From assembly GCA_964010765.1 (NCBI GenBank), contig CAXGMD010000078.1, positions 1 to 15,005 on the forward strand: DNA of 15,005 nt. The letters are read 5' to 3'. This document shows positions 1 through 7,985 of the stretch, piece by piece. Position numbers and translations under genes: made by a program. The notes under the pieces are model-generated. The model was not told where the DNA came from. It was given only the letters and a program-made list of their open reading frames with translations, and searched no databases. Source of the DNA: an uncultured bacterium (GTDB lineage Bacteria; SAR324; NAC60-12). Position 1 is the stretch's first letter, and each line of letters opens with the position of its first letter.

Positions 1-119
1 GTTTTGGGAGAGTTCATGCTACCTTCACTGCGGGCTGCATCGAACCAGTCTCGAATTGGCAAAAAATCGGGCTTGGGGAAGGAACCAATCGTTGTGGTTT
101 GCAGTTTTGATTTGGCCAT
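1..119 (-). CDS. Cobalamin-independent methionine synthase II family (MetE C-terminal/core-like) protein; N-terminal 39 aa only, continues beyond the left edge
   Basis: Manual translation from ATG at 119 gives MAKSKLQTTTIGSFPKPDFLPIRDWFDAARSEGSMNSPK, open to the window edge. TTxIGSFPKP is the typical N-terminal motif of the MetE catalytic barrel. A GAGGA Shine-Dalgarno lies just upstream on the minus strand. Not in the supplied ORF track. Confidence 0.8.
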   Translation of the reverse strand, partial: MAKSKLQTTTIGSFPKPDFLPIRDWFDAARSEGSMNSPK

Positions 120-205
120 GAAGCTTCCTCTTCATTCAGGTTTGAAATGGAGGCAAGACTACACCGAGGTCTCTCGTAGGATCAAGCACTCTTCCATGGA
201 ATAGT

Positions 206-808
206 ATGCTCACTCTCTATGATTTCAAATCTTCTGGCAATGGGTACAAGGTTCGCTTGCTGCTCCATCAGCTCCGCTTGCCGTTCATTTATGTGGAAAC
301 CAACATTCTAAAAGGCGAAACACAAACTCCTCAGTTTCTTGAGATGAATCCAAATGGAAAGGTGCCACTGCTTAGCTTGGGGGATGGACGGTTTCTGGCA
401 GAATCCAACGCGATCCTGCTGCACTTGACGGAAGGTACACATTTTCTACCTAGTGACTCTTGGCAGAAGAGCAAACTGTATAAATGGCTATTCTTCGAGC
501 AATATAGTCATGAACCCAACATTGCGACACCGCGTTTTTGGAAAAACTATCTGAAAGTTGGAGAGTACGACGAAGCAGAACTGAAACGACGTCAGCTTGC
601 TGGCAGAAAAGCGTTAGCTGTGATGGAGAAGCACCTCCAGGAGCAGAAATTTTTCGGGCCACAATATGGCATCGCAGACATCGCGCTTTATGCCTACACC
701 CACAAAGCAGAGGAAGGAGGCCAGATCCTTGATGACTTTCCCGCCATCAAGGATTGGATAGACCGAGTCAAAGCTCAGCCTGGACATGTTACGATGGAGG
801 ATATCTAG
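206..808 (+). CDS. Glutathione S-transferase family protein
   Basis: 200 aa with LYDFKSSGNGYKVRLLL, NPNGKVPLL (cis-Pro loop), LAESNAILLHL, WLFFEQYSHEP and IADIALYAY, all typical GST N- and C-domain motifs. Confidence 0.95.
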   Translation: MLTLYDFKSSGNGYKVRLLLHQLRLPFIYVETNILKGETQTPQFLEMNPNGKVPLLSLGDGRFLAESNAILLHLTEGTHFLPSDSWQKSKLYKWLFFEQYSHEPNIATPRFWKNYLKVGEYDEAELKRRQLAGRKALAVMEKHLQEQKFFGPQYGIADIALYAYTHKAEEGGQILDDFPAIKDWIDRVKAQPGHVTMEDI

Positions 809-870
809 TGAAAAGAGTATTGGCCCCTGAGTGCTCAGAGATTGTGTTCACCCAATAGTGAATAGTACTT

Positions 871-1395
871 TCAGTGACCCTGTTTTTCAGTGATATGCAA
901 AAGATCAAATGACTGTAGTTCTTGATCTTCCCGAATCATTAAACCTGGATGATCGTTATGGGTGGGAGAGTAGTAAGCAGCCGTCTCGTGCGAGTCTGAA
1001 AAGGAGACGTTCACAAAAGGCGCCTTGGTGCGGGTGAAGATTTGAACTGCTTCATCCGTCTCAAACCAAAAAGAAGGAGCATCAAAGGTTCCGGCGGCTA
1101 CTCCGGTCCAACCTGGGCGCATCTCAATTCTCCAGAAGACCGTAGTTCCACATTTTGGGCAGAAGCGGTTGTGAAAGTGACGATTTGCATTGTTCGAGAA
1201 GGAATATTCCTTCAATTCACCTGACGTGACCTTGATTTGCGAATCCTCAAAATAGACATTCATGCCAAAAGCCGAGCCTGTTCGTGTTTGGCAGTAACGA
1301 CAATGACAGACAGCCGCTCGGGTTGGTTTGCCATGACTTTCGTAGCGAACGGCACCGCAGCTACACCCACCTGTATGAGTTTCTTGCTCATTCAT
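871..1395 (-). CDS. GFA / CENP-V family zinc-binding protein (glutathione-dependent formaldehyde-activating-like)
   Basis: GGCSCGAVRY, CHCRYCQ and RFCPKCG zinc motifs; GGAG RBS upstream of the ATG at 1395. Confidence 0.92.
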   Translation of the reverse strand: MNEQETHTGGCSCGAVRYESHGKPTRAAVCHCRYCQTRTGSAFGMNVYFEDSQIKVTSGELKEYSFSNNANRHFHNRFCPKCGTTVFWRIEMRPGWTGVAAGTFDAPSFWFETDEAVQIFTRTKAPFVNVSFSDSHETAAYYSPTHNDHPGLMIREDQELQSFDLLHITEKQGH

Positions 1396-1683
1396 CGATC
1401 ACTCCATTTGTGATTTGGAAAAATTCTTTTGGATATTTCAGAATTCAATATCGTGTTTGGGAATCTGGTTCAGAGGCCTTTGGTTGAAGTAGCCAGTTCA
1501 GTCCGCTCCTGAACAACCTTCAATTCGGATTTGTAAAAGATTACACGACTTTCAAACATGAACAGTCTTCACCAAAAAATCTCTGCTTTGCTGGCGAGAA
1601 ATTTGAATAAATGTTTGTTCGAATTCAAGATTTTGGTGCGAATGAGTCGCATCTGCTATGAACAAAACGACCATGGAGGCCGT

Positions 1684-1818
1684 ATGAGAATGACCTTACT
1701 TGTTTTTGCTCTCTTGCTGGTGGGCTCACTAGCTGGATGCAGCGGTAAACACGTCTGCAAAGACCGCATCACAAATAATACGTCTGTGTATTTTTTTGGG
1801 ATGTGTTCCGGAGCCTGA
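1684..1818 (+). CDS. Small putative lipoprotein (44 aa), function unknown
   Basis: GGAGG at 1675-1679 precedes ATG 1684 (alternative ATG at 1690). MRMTLLVFALLLVGSLAG/C has a basic N-region, a hydrophobic core and a canonical LAGC lipobox. The ORF track starts this frame at 1558, which is probably too early. Confidence 0.75.
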   Translation: MRMTLLVFALLLVGSLAGCSGKHVCKDRITNNTSVYFFGMCSGA

Positions 1819-2057
1819 CTCCAGTCATCAGTGAGGGTTGCTGGCTGACGATTTCTGGTCGTTCTTAGCCCTCAACCCCTTCAGACAAAGCCCCAAAAAT
1901 CTTTCCCCGTCCTTCTTCACTTAAATTACCTTCCAAAGCTTTGGTTGCCTTGAGGGTCCAATCGCTTTATACCTTCTCTTTCTGACAATCCTTTCCTGAA
2001 AGACCGCAGTAAAAAGTTGTTGTCTTTCGAATTATTCTTTGATCCAAGGAAAATCCA

Positions 2058-3542
2058 ATGCGGATTGGCATTCTGTGCCTGATGCAGGAATCAAATACCT
2101 TCCTGAATCAACAGACTAAGCTTCATCACTTTGCAGAAGACCTCTTTCTGGTAGGTGAGGAAATTCGTAAGCAGCTGGCGAATACTCACCACGAGGCCGC
2201 GGGGTTTTTTGCAGGACTGGAAAAAGAAGGGATGGAGGCAGTCCCACTCTTTGCGGCTCGGGCGATTCCCTATGGAACGATCCAGAAGGAAGCTTTTGAA
2301 CAGTTACTTGAAAACATGTTCAAGCAGGTGGAGCAGGCTGGCCCGTTGGATGGTTACCTGGTCGCTCCTCATGGGGCGACTGTCAGTGAACAGTATCTAG
2401 ACGCTGATGGTTATTGGCTGAAGCAGCTTCGCAAAAGAGTAGGAGCTGAAGTTCCCATCATTGGAACATTGGATTTACACGCAAATCTCTCATCTCAGAT
2501 GGTCGCATCCACAAATGCTTTAATAGCCTATCGGACGAATCCCCACCTTGATCAATACGCGCGTGGATTTGAGGCTACCGAGTTAATGAGCAAGACTCTG
2601 CGAGGGGAAGTGGAGCCTGTTCAGCGAGCTGCCTTCCTGCCCTTCGTGATGAATATTGAAAAGCAGTGTACAGAGTTGTCTCCCTGCAAAGAACTATACG
2701 AGCTTGCAGAGAAGCTACGTAGGAAAAAGGGACTGTTATCGCTAAGCATACTGCAGGGCTATCCCTATGCAGATGTAGATGAGATGGGAACTTCAATCCT
2801 GGCAGTCAGCGACAAAACTTCTCTGGTTGCTGAGCAGACCTTGGCGGAGTTGTCCAATTATCTGTGGGAACATCGCGCTGATTTTAATGGGACTGGTGTG
2901 CCAATTGATCAGGCGATTGATTCGTTGAAGAACGACACCAGATCAACCTGCTTACTAGACATGGGTGATAACGTGGGAGGTGGCTCGCCTGCAGATGGAA
3001 CGCTGATCGCGCAAGCATTATTGAGTCAAAGAGTTCGAGATTCCTTTGTTTGTCTATATGATCCAGAAGCTGTGCGTCAAGTTGCAGATGTAGGACTAGG
3101 CGCTGAACTGAAGCTGGCAATGGGTGGGAAAACAGATCGACTGCATGGAGATCCGTTGATTGCTTGGGTAGAAGTCATTGGAATTTATCCAGGAAAGTTT
3201 GAAGAACCCCTAGCCCGTCATGGTGGTTTTACGCATTTTGATCAGGGATTGAGTGCGGTCGTTCGATCTGGGGAAGGACTAATCATCCTGCTAAACAGCA
3301 AACGGATGGCACCCTATAGTTTGGAACAATTACGTAGTTGTGGACTTAATCCAGGAAGCTTCCGTGTCCTAGTTGCCAAGGGCGTAAACGCTCCGATTGC
3401 TGCGTATGAGGAAGTAAGCTCCCGCTTTATTAGAGTCGATACTCCAGGAGTGACAGCTTCTAACTTGAATCACTTTTACTATCATCATCGGCGGAGACCG
3501 ATGTTCCCTTTTGAAAGGGATTTAGAATGGTCATTTTCCTAA
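2058..3542 (+). CDS. M81 family metallopeptidase (MlrC-like)
   Basis: 494 aa with QESNTF, PHGA, GTLDLHAN, YRTNPHLD, DMGDNVGGG and C-terminal RRPMFPFE, characteristic of MlrC/M81 proteins. AAGGA RBS at 2046-2050; no signal peptide. Confidence 0.92.
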   Translation: MRIGILCLMQESNTFLNQQTKLHHFAEDLFLVGEEIRKQLANTHHEAAGFFAGLEKEGMEAVPLFAARAIPYGTIQKEAFEQLLENMFKQVEQAGPLDGYLVAPHGATVSEQYLDADGYWLKQLRKRVGAEVPIIGTLDLHANLSSQMVASTNALIAYRTNPHLDQYARGFEATELMSKTLRGEVEPVQRAAFLPFVMNIEKQCTELSPCKELYELAEKLRRKKGLLSLSILQGYPYADVDEMGTSILAVSDKTSLVAEQTLAELSNYLWEHRADFNGTGVPIDQAIDSLKNDTRSTCLLDMGDNVGGGSPADGTLIAQALLSQRVRDSFVCLYDPEAVRQVADVGLGAELKLAMGGKTDRLHGDPLIAWVEVIGIYPGKFEEPLARHGGFTHFDQGLSAVVRSGEGLIILLNSKRMAPYSLEQLRSCGLNPGSFRVLVAKGVNAPIAAYEEVSSRFIRVDTPGVTASNLNHFYYHHRRRPMFPFERDLEWSFS

Positions 3543-3623
3543 AATTTATAAATTCCACTTTCTTCTATAAAATATCTCAAAGCTAATAAATAGAGGTCTT
3601 GTAATTAAAAAAAACATTGATCT

Positions 3624-5162
3624 TCATTTGAAAAAAATTGGTGAGGAAATCCCCCAGTGTCCATTCTTGAGTCTTACTCTTGCGTAAGCCCACTGGTATT
3701 CGCTTTTTTCAAAACATTCTGAATCCAACTGAAAGGCTACCTTTCTTGAATATTGTGAGGGTAGGCTTAAGCCGATTCGGTAGGCTGGAGAATCGATAGG
3801 CCCCAAGTTCCCTGAAATACTTCCCTTGGTAAGAGTTTGTATTGGTAAATTCAGAGATTCCTGATTCATTCGAACTCTAAGCTTTGCTGTGGATTGAGAG
3901 GCAATCCTTAGAGCTAAGCCTTGAGTAGATGAAGTGGTGCTTGTCATATTTCCCCAAGTGCCACAATGAAAATGAACAGAGATGTCATTGAGCTGTTCCC
4001 AACTCGCGTGTTGAATTGGAACTTCAGTTGCTCGTTTGTCTAGGGGTGAAACAACTTCAAACCCCCTGAACCGCGGGATGACTTCCAAGATCGTGGCTTC
4101 ATCCAGTTCAAGACTTACGTCCCAGTTTGCTGCCTTACCTCTTTCACCCCATCCTAGTTCAATCCAGACAATTGCTTCCTCCGTATCCTCGAATTCTTCA
4201 GCCATTTTGCGCTCTGAACTCAAAGGCATGTGCCAACAGTGCCGCTGTTCTGGGGTGAGCAATTCAACATAATCAATTGGGCTGGTAGCCTGGACTTCAA
4301 TATTTCCTGGTTCACCGAGATCCTGACATACCGATCCTTGCAGTTGATTCCCAACAGCAAACTTGAGTTGCATTAGATCCCCAGTCATTGCCCAAGTGCG
4401 CCTCGCATTTAGAGCTTCCCAGATATCTTCACGCCGATCACTGCTGGCCCAAATGCCTGTTACACCATGTCCATAGCTGCCAGGATGGGCGCTGTGATGG
4501 TCTGTGTTGGCAATCACACCAAATTGATATCCTAGCCCCAACCCGTAGCGCATGGAGCCCTGGTGTTGCTGAGGCCCCATAGAATGGAGAAAAGGCCTGT
4601 CTGAGAGATCTTCTTCTGCAAAACCATGTGCTGAGGCAATCTCTACTAAAGGCGTCAGTGGATTTTCAAAACTAATCCAATTGACGCCCCTTGCCCCTTG
4701 GCGATATCCGATGTGGTGTGGGAAGATCAAATAATTCTCTTCAAGTTTTTCTTTGAAAATTCTTTGTCGAAGTTCTTGTGGAGAGTCCTCTAAGATCATC
4801 TTGGTGAGAGGGTCTAATCCAACAATGGTGTAGTCACCATGCTCATTCGAATGAATTTCATAGCCTGGAAGTAGAACGATCTTGTGCTCTGATTCTGCTT
4901 TGGAAATTTTTTCAAGATAAGAGTCCCAATTTCTGTGAAGTTTGGCGAAACCACGTTGGTGAAACTGAACAATATGCTGAATTTTCGGATCATGCTCATC
5001 CATGTCAGGCCATGAAGCATGGCCGGTGATGGAAACAAAATCCAAGCGAAGTGCTGCGTTTTTGATTGCATCGTCCAAGCTCCCATGTGCGTAGGAAATA
5101 TTGCAGTGATTATGGATGTCTCCATAAAGAGCTTGGTAAGCAAAATCTTTCGATGCCTGCAT
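3624..5162 (-). CDS. PHP-like metallohydrolase (DUF3604 / CehA-McbA type) with an additional C-terminal domain
   Basis: YGDIHNH, LDFVSITGH, PGYEIH, FPHH, LVEIASAHG, GVIANTDHH and EDIWEALNARRTWAMTG match the PHP-type metal-ligand pattern. Ends in WGISSPIF. No signal peptide, and the RBS is weak. Confidence 0.8.
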   Translation of the reverse strand: MQASKDFAYQALYGDIHNHCNISYAHGSLDDAIKNAALRLDFVSITGHASWPDMDEHDPKIQHIVQFHQRGFAKLHRNWDSYLEKISKAESEHKIVLLPGYEIHSNEHGDYTIVGLDPLTKMILEDSPQELRQRIFKEKLEENYLIFPHHIGYRQGARGVNWISFENPLTPLVEIASAHGFAEEDLSDRPFLHSMGPQQHQGSMRYGLGLGYQFGVIANTDHHSAHPGSYGHGVTGIWASSDRREDIWEALNARRTWAMTGDLMQLKFAVGNQLQGSVCQDLGEPGNIEVQATSPIDYVELLTPEQRHCWHMPLSSERKMAEEFEDTEEAIVWIELGWGERGKAANWDVSLELDEATILEVIPRFRGFEVVSPLDKRATEVPIQHASWEQLNDISVHFHCGTWGNMTSTTSSTQGLALRIASQSTAKLRVRMNQESLNLPIQTLTKGSISGNLGPIDSPAYRIGLSLPSQYSRKVAFQLDSECFEKSEYQWAYARVRLKNGHWGISSPIFFK

Positions 5163-5440
5163 TATCAGTCTTTTGAAAAAAGTGGCTTCATAACGACCTA
5201 GATACTAAGTGATCCGTTGTGGTTGGAGTTTTCGAAAATCCGAAATCATCCAAAAAAACCAACTAAACTTTAAGAAAAGCAATCAATAAGATTCTCCAAT
5301 CCACACAGTCCCCGCTGATTAGCTACAAAATTTTACTATGATAGAGAGTCTTTAAGGCGTGCAATATTGGATTTGCCAATGAGCCAAAGATAAATATTTG
5401 AAGGCTATGAAACATAAAATGCCTGGTTGCAAAGCCGCTT

Positions 5441-5469
5441 AACTTAAAAGATGAAAAATCGATTGTCAA
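5441..5469 (-). promoter_or_regulatory. Putative sigma70 promoter for the metallohydrolase
   Basis: On the minus strand, TTGACA (5469-5464), 17-nt spacer, TAAGTT (5446-5441). Confidence 0.5.
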
Positions 5470-5485
5470 TGGTGTGTCGTTTCAA

Positions 5486-5505
5486 AAATTCTTTTTAAAG
5501 AATTT
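5486..5505. promoter_or_regulatory. Perfect inverted repeat, candidate transcription-factor operator
   Basis: AAATTCTTT-TT-AAAGAATTT (9-bp arms), between two divergent TTGACA hexamers. Confidence 0.4.
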
Positions 5506-5541
5506 AAATAATATTCTGATTTTATTGATTAAGTATATCGC

Positions 5542-5571
5542 TTGACAAAAATAATTTAATAGTTGTATAAG
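5542..5571 (+). promoter_or_regulatory. Putative sigma70 promoter for ABC cluster 1
   Basis: TTGACA (5542-5547), 18-nt spacer, TATAAG (5566-5571), AT-rich upstream sequence, 35 nt before the ATG at 5607. Confidence 0.5.
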
Positions 5572-5606
5572 ATGTTCTTTCTTCCATCATTATCTAAAGA
5601 GGAAAC

Positions 5607-6869
5607 ATGAAAACACTAGTCAACGTGTTAATTATTGTGACAGGGCTGTTGCTCACAATCAAAAACGCTGCGTTAGCAGAAATTGAGTTATCTTTCAGAT
5701 TTAATGACGCTGGGCAAAAAGAAATGAGAGCGGCATTAGATAAATTTGAACAGATGAATCCAGGAATAAAAGTTGAGTTACAAAGGATAGCTTGGGGAAG
5801 TGCAAGGGAACAATTCCTCCGTGAAGCCGCGGTTGGAGAAGGGCCAGACGTAGTGCACATTGCCCAGGTCTGGACAAGAAGTATGGGAGATGCAGGTGCT
5901 CTTTATGACATGAATGAACTGATTGAGGAACATGGAATCGGTGAAGGATGGGGTGACTTCATTTCAGCAGATCTAGCAAGCCAGGATGATGGGACGATTC
6001 ATGCCATTCCCTGGACGGTAGATACTTTCGCAATGGTTTATAGAAAAGACATCCTCGAGAAAGCTGGAATTACAGAATTCCCGACTACCTGGGAAGGCCT
6101 TCATGAGGCCAGCGTGCAGATTAAAGAAAAGACAGGGGCAGTGGGCTGGGCAATTCCATCAGGTAGTGGGCCAACCAACTCTATCTGGTTTTTCTTGAAC
6201 TTCTATTGGTGGTCAAACGGCTGGTCACTTGTTGATAGGAAAGCAGATGGTTCTTATTACATCAATATAACCCCTGAGCAAATTGCGGAAGGGCTTGATT
6301 ACTATAAATCTTATTTGGATAAAGGCATCAATCCACAATCAATGTTGAACGTAACCAATTGGGGGGCTCAAGAATTAATCGAAGGGATGGTTCGAGGTGA
6401 TTATTCTATAATCAGTACACCAGAAAACGTTTTAGTTCAAATTGAATCAGCGTTTAAGGAAAGATATCCAGATAAGAGCAACCCATTTGCGTCAACTATT
6501 CATCCCAAAAGTTCTGTTACTTTTGTGGGGGGACGTCAACTTGGTATCAACGTGAATACAGAACACGCGGAGGCCGCTTTCAAATTAATTAAATATCTTA
6601 CTGATGAACCAGTCTATACAGATCATTACGCAGGAATGTGGCCCGCACAAAAGACCCTTATCAAGCAATTGCCTCAAGTAGCTTCACACAAAGGATACAA
6701 AGATCAATTAATCCTAGCAAGGAGTTGGGGACCATATTCAACAGGTCCGATTCCAATACCAACAATGTGGAATTGGGTTGGTCGTGGTGCAGGTTCTGTT
6801 TTTATTGGTGAAAAAACCTCGATTGAAGTAGCCAATGAAATTTATGAAAATATTAAGAAGGAACTGTAA
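5607..6869 (+). CDS. Carbohydrate ABC transporter (CUT1) periplasmic substrate-binding protein
   Basis: Signal peptide ending AALA; FEQMNPGIKVEL, GEGPDVV, AIPWTVDTFAMVYRKDILEKAGI and PTTWE are typical of SBP family 1. AGAGGA RBS; followed by two permeases. Confidence 0.93.
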   Translation: MKTLVNVLIIVTGLLLTIKNAALAEIELSFRFNDAGQKEMRAALDKFEQMNPGIKVELQRIAWGSAREQFLREAAVGEGPDVVHIAQVWTRSMGDAGALYDMNELIEEHGIGEGWGDFISADLASQDDGTIHAIPWTVDTFAMVYRKDILEKAGITEFPTTWEGLHEASVQIKEKTGAVGWAIPSGSGPTNSIWFFLNFYWWSNGWSLVDRKADGSYYINITPEQIAEGLDYYKSYLDKGINPQSMLNVTNWGAQELIEGMVRGDYSIISTPENVLVQIESAFKERYPDKSNPFASTIHPKSSVTFVGGRQLGINVNTEHAEAAFKLIKYLTDEPVYTDHYAGMWPAQKTLIKQLPQVASHKGYKDQLILARSWGPYSTGPIPIPTMWNWVGRGAGSVFIGEKTSIEVANEIYENIKKEL

Positions 6870-6881
6870 ATAAATTTTAAA

Positions 6882-6917
6882 TTATAAGGGAGCCAGTTCA
6901 CCCTGACTTCCTTATAA
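6882..6917 (+). terminator. Intercistronic stem-loop (partial terminator or mRNA stabiliser) after the SBP gene
   Basis: TTATAAGGGAG (6882-6892) pairs with CTTCCTTATAA (6907-6917, one G-U), extended by CAG/CTG around a 6-nt loop. There is no immediate U-tract. Confidence 0.55.
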
Positions 6918-6940
6918 GTAACAAAACTAATTTTTGATAA

Positions 6941-7840
6941 ATGAAAGATAATAAATTCGTATTTTTTTTGTTGATTCCTTCGTTCTTTTTTATTGTCTTT
7001 TTTTATCTGTATCCAACCCTATATAATTTATTTAATAGTTTTACTGATCTAAATTTATTTAAATTAAGGAAAGGTGGTAATTGGATTGGATTTGAAAATT
7101 ATATTGATCTATTTGTAGATCCTGAATTTATACGAGTATTTTTTAATACAACAATTTGGCTGACACTAGTAGGAGTTGCCGTCAGAATAATTTTGGGGCT
7201 GCTTTTAGCGTTCTTGATTAACTCAGAAACTTTAAAAAAATATAAATTAACAGGTCTGTTTCAGGTGTCATTGATTATACCCTGGGCTACTCCCTCCATA
7301 GTTGCTGTTGTAGTTTGGAGGATGATATTAGATCCTCAGGTTGGGTTTGTTAACCAGACTCTGGTAAAATATGGAATCATTACTGAGCCAATTGCTTTTC
7401 TGTCTAATACTAGTTTTGTCTGGCCCTCAATTATCACGATAATTACATGGAATACTTTACCACTAGTAACACTAACATTTTTAGCCAGTTTGAAATCGGT
7501 TCCAGCTGAGTTACTGGATGCTGCAACAGTTGATGGAGCCAATAAGCTTCAAAGAGCATTCTATGTCATCCTGCCACACATGATTCCTTCCATCATTGTG
7601 ATGATTCTGATGACCACATTTTGGACATTCAATAATTTTGCATATGTGTGGTTAGCCACAGGAGCTGGGCCAGGTACGTTTACGAATGTGATGGCAACAG
7701 AGGTTTATCTGAAAGCCTTTGTCGATGGAAGGATGGGTTACAGCTCAGCCTTGGGAATCGTTATGGCATCGATAATGACAGTCTTTGGAATTATCTACTT
7801 AAGAATGATTGTTAAAAGAAATCTGAAAGAAATCTTCTAA
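6941..7840 (+). CDS. Carbohydrate ABC transporter permease (MalF/UgpA-like)
   Basis: WIGFENY, IIPWATPSIV and the EAA loop ELLDAATVDGANKLQRAFYVILP; multiple TM segments. Confidence 0.95.
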   Translation: MKDNKFVFFLLIPSFFFIVFFYLYPTLYNLFNSFTDLNLFKLRKGGNWIGFENYIDLFVDPEFIRVFFNTTIWLTLVGVAVRIILGLLLAFLINSETLKKYKLTGLFQVSLIIPWATPSIVAVVVWRMILDPQVGFVNQTLVKYGIITEPIAFLSNTSFVWPSIITIITWNTLPLVTLTFLASLKSVPAELLDAATVDGANKLQRAFYVILPHMIPSIIVMILMTTFWTFNNFAYVWLATGAGPGTFTNVMATEVYLKAFVDGRMGYSSALGIVMASIMTVFGIIYLRMIVKRNLKEIF

Positions 7841-7985
7841 TCACAAATCTAGTCTAAATTCTACCTCTCAAGAAAACTAAATTTAGTTCTAAAAGCTTTC
7901 AATAAAGTGAAGAATATTGAGATTTTGTGGTCTACTTTAAGATATCGATTTCAATTTAATAAAATAAGGCTGTGCAGGAATTACG

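Noticed and set aside
4..204. 66-aa plus-strand ORF in the track
   Set aside because: No recognisable motifs; it is the antisense shadow of the MetE-II-like gene, which has an RBS and a family motif.
1558..1683. N-terminal extension of the small lipoprotein (86-aa ORF)
   Set aside because: The GGAGG RBS and the signal peptide both start at 1684; the extension would bury the signal.
1684..1818. RiPP or bacteriocin precursor
   Set aside because: The leader is a lipoprotein signal rather than a double-glycine leader, and no modification enzymes or exporter are nearby.
1833..2028. Imperfect hairpins after the lipoprotein gene (about 1834-1878) and before the M81 gene (GAAAGAC/GTCTTTC, 1998-2028) as an ncRNA or riboswitch
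   Set aside because: The stems are short or interrupted, with no recognisable aptamer motif or U-tract. An Rfam search would be needed to revisit this.
2058..3542. Microcystin degradation (mlr) cluster
   Set aside because: No mlrA, mlrB or mlrD-like genes are present. M81 proteins are widespread outside microcystin degraders, so the symbol mlrC was not assigned.
3624..5162. Carbamate pesticide hydrolase (cehA/mcbA) or DNA polymerase PHP domain
   Set aside because: Only the general metal-ligand pattern is shared. Nothing supports a specific substrate, and no polymerase domain is present.
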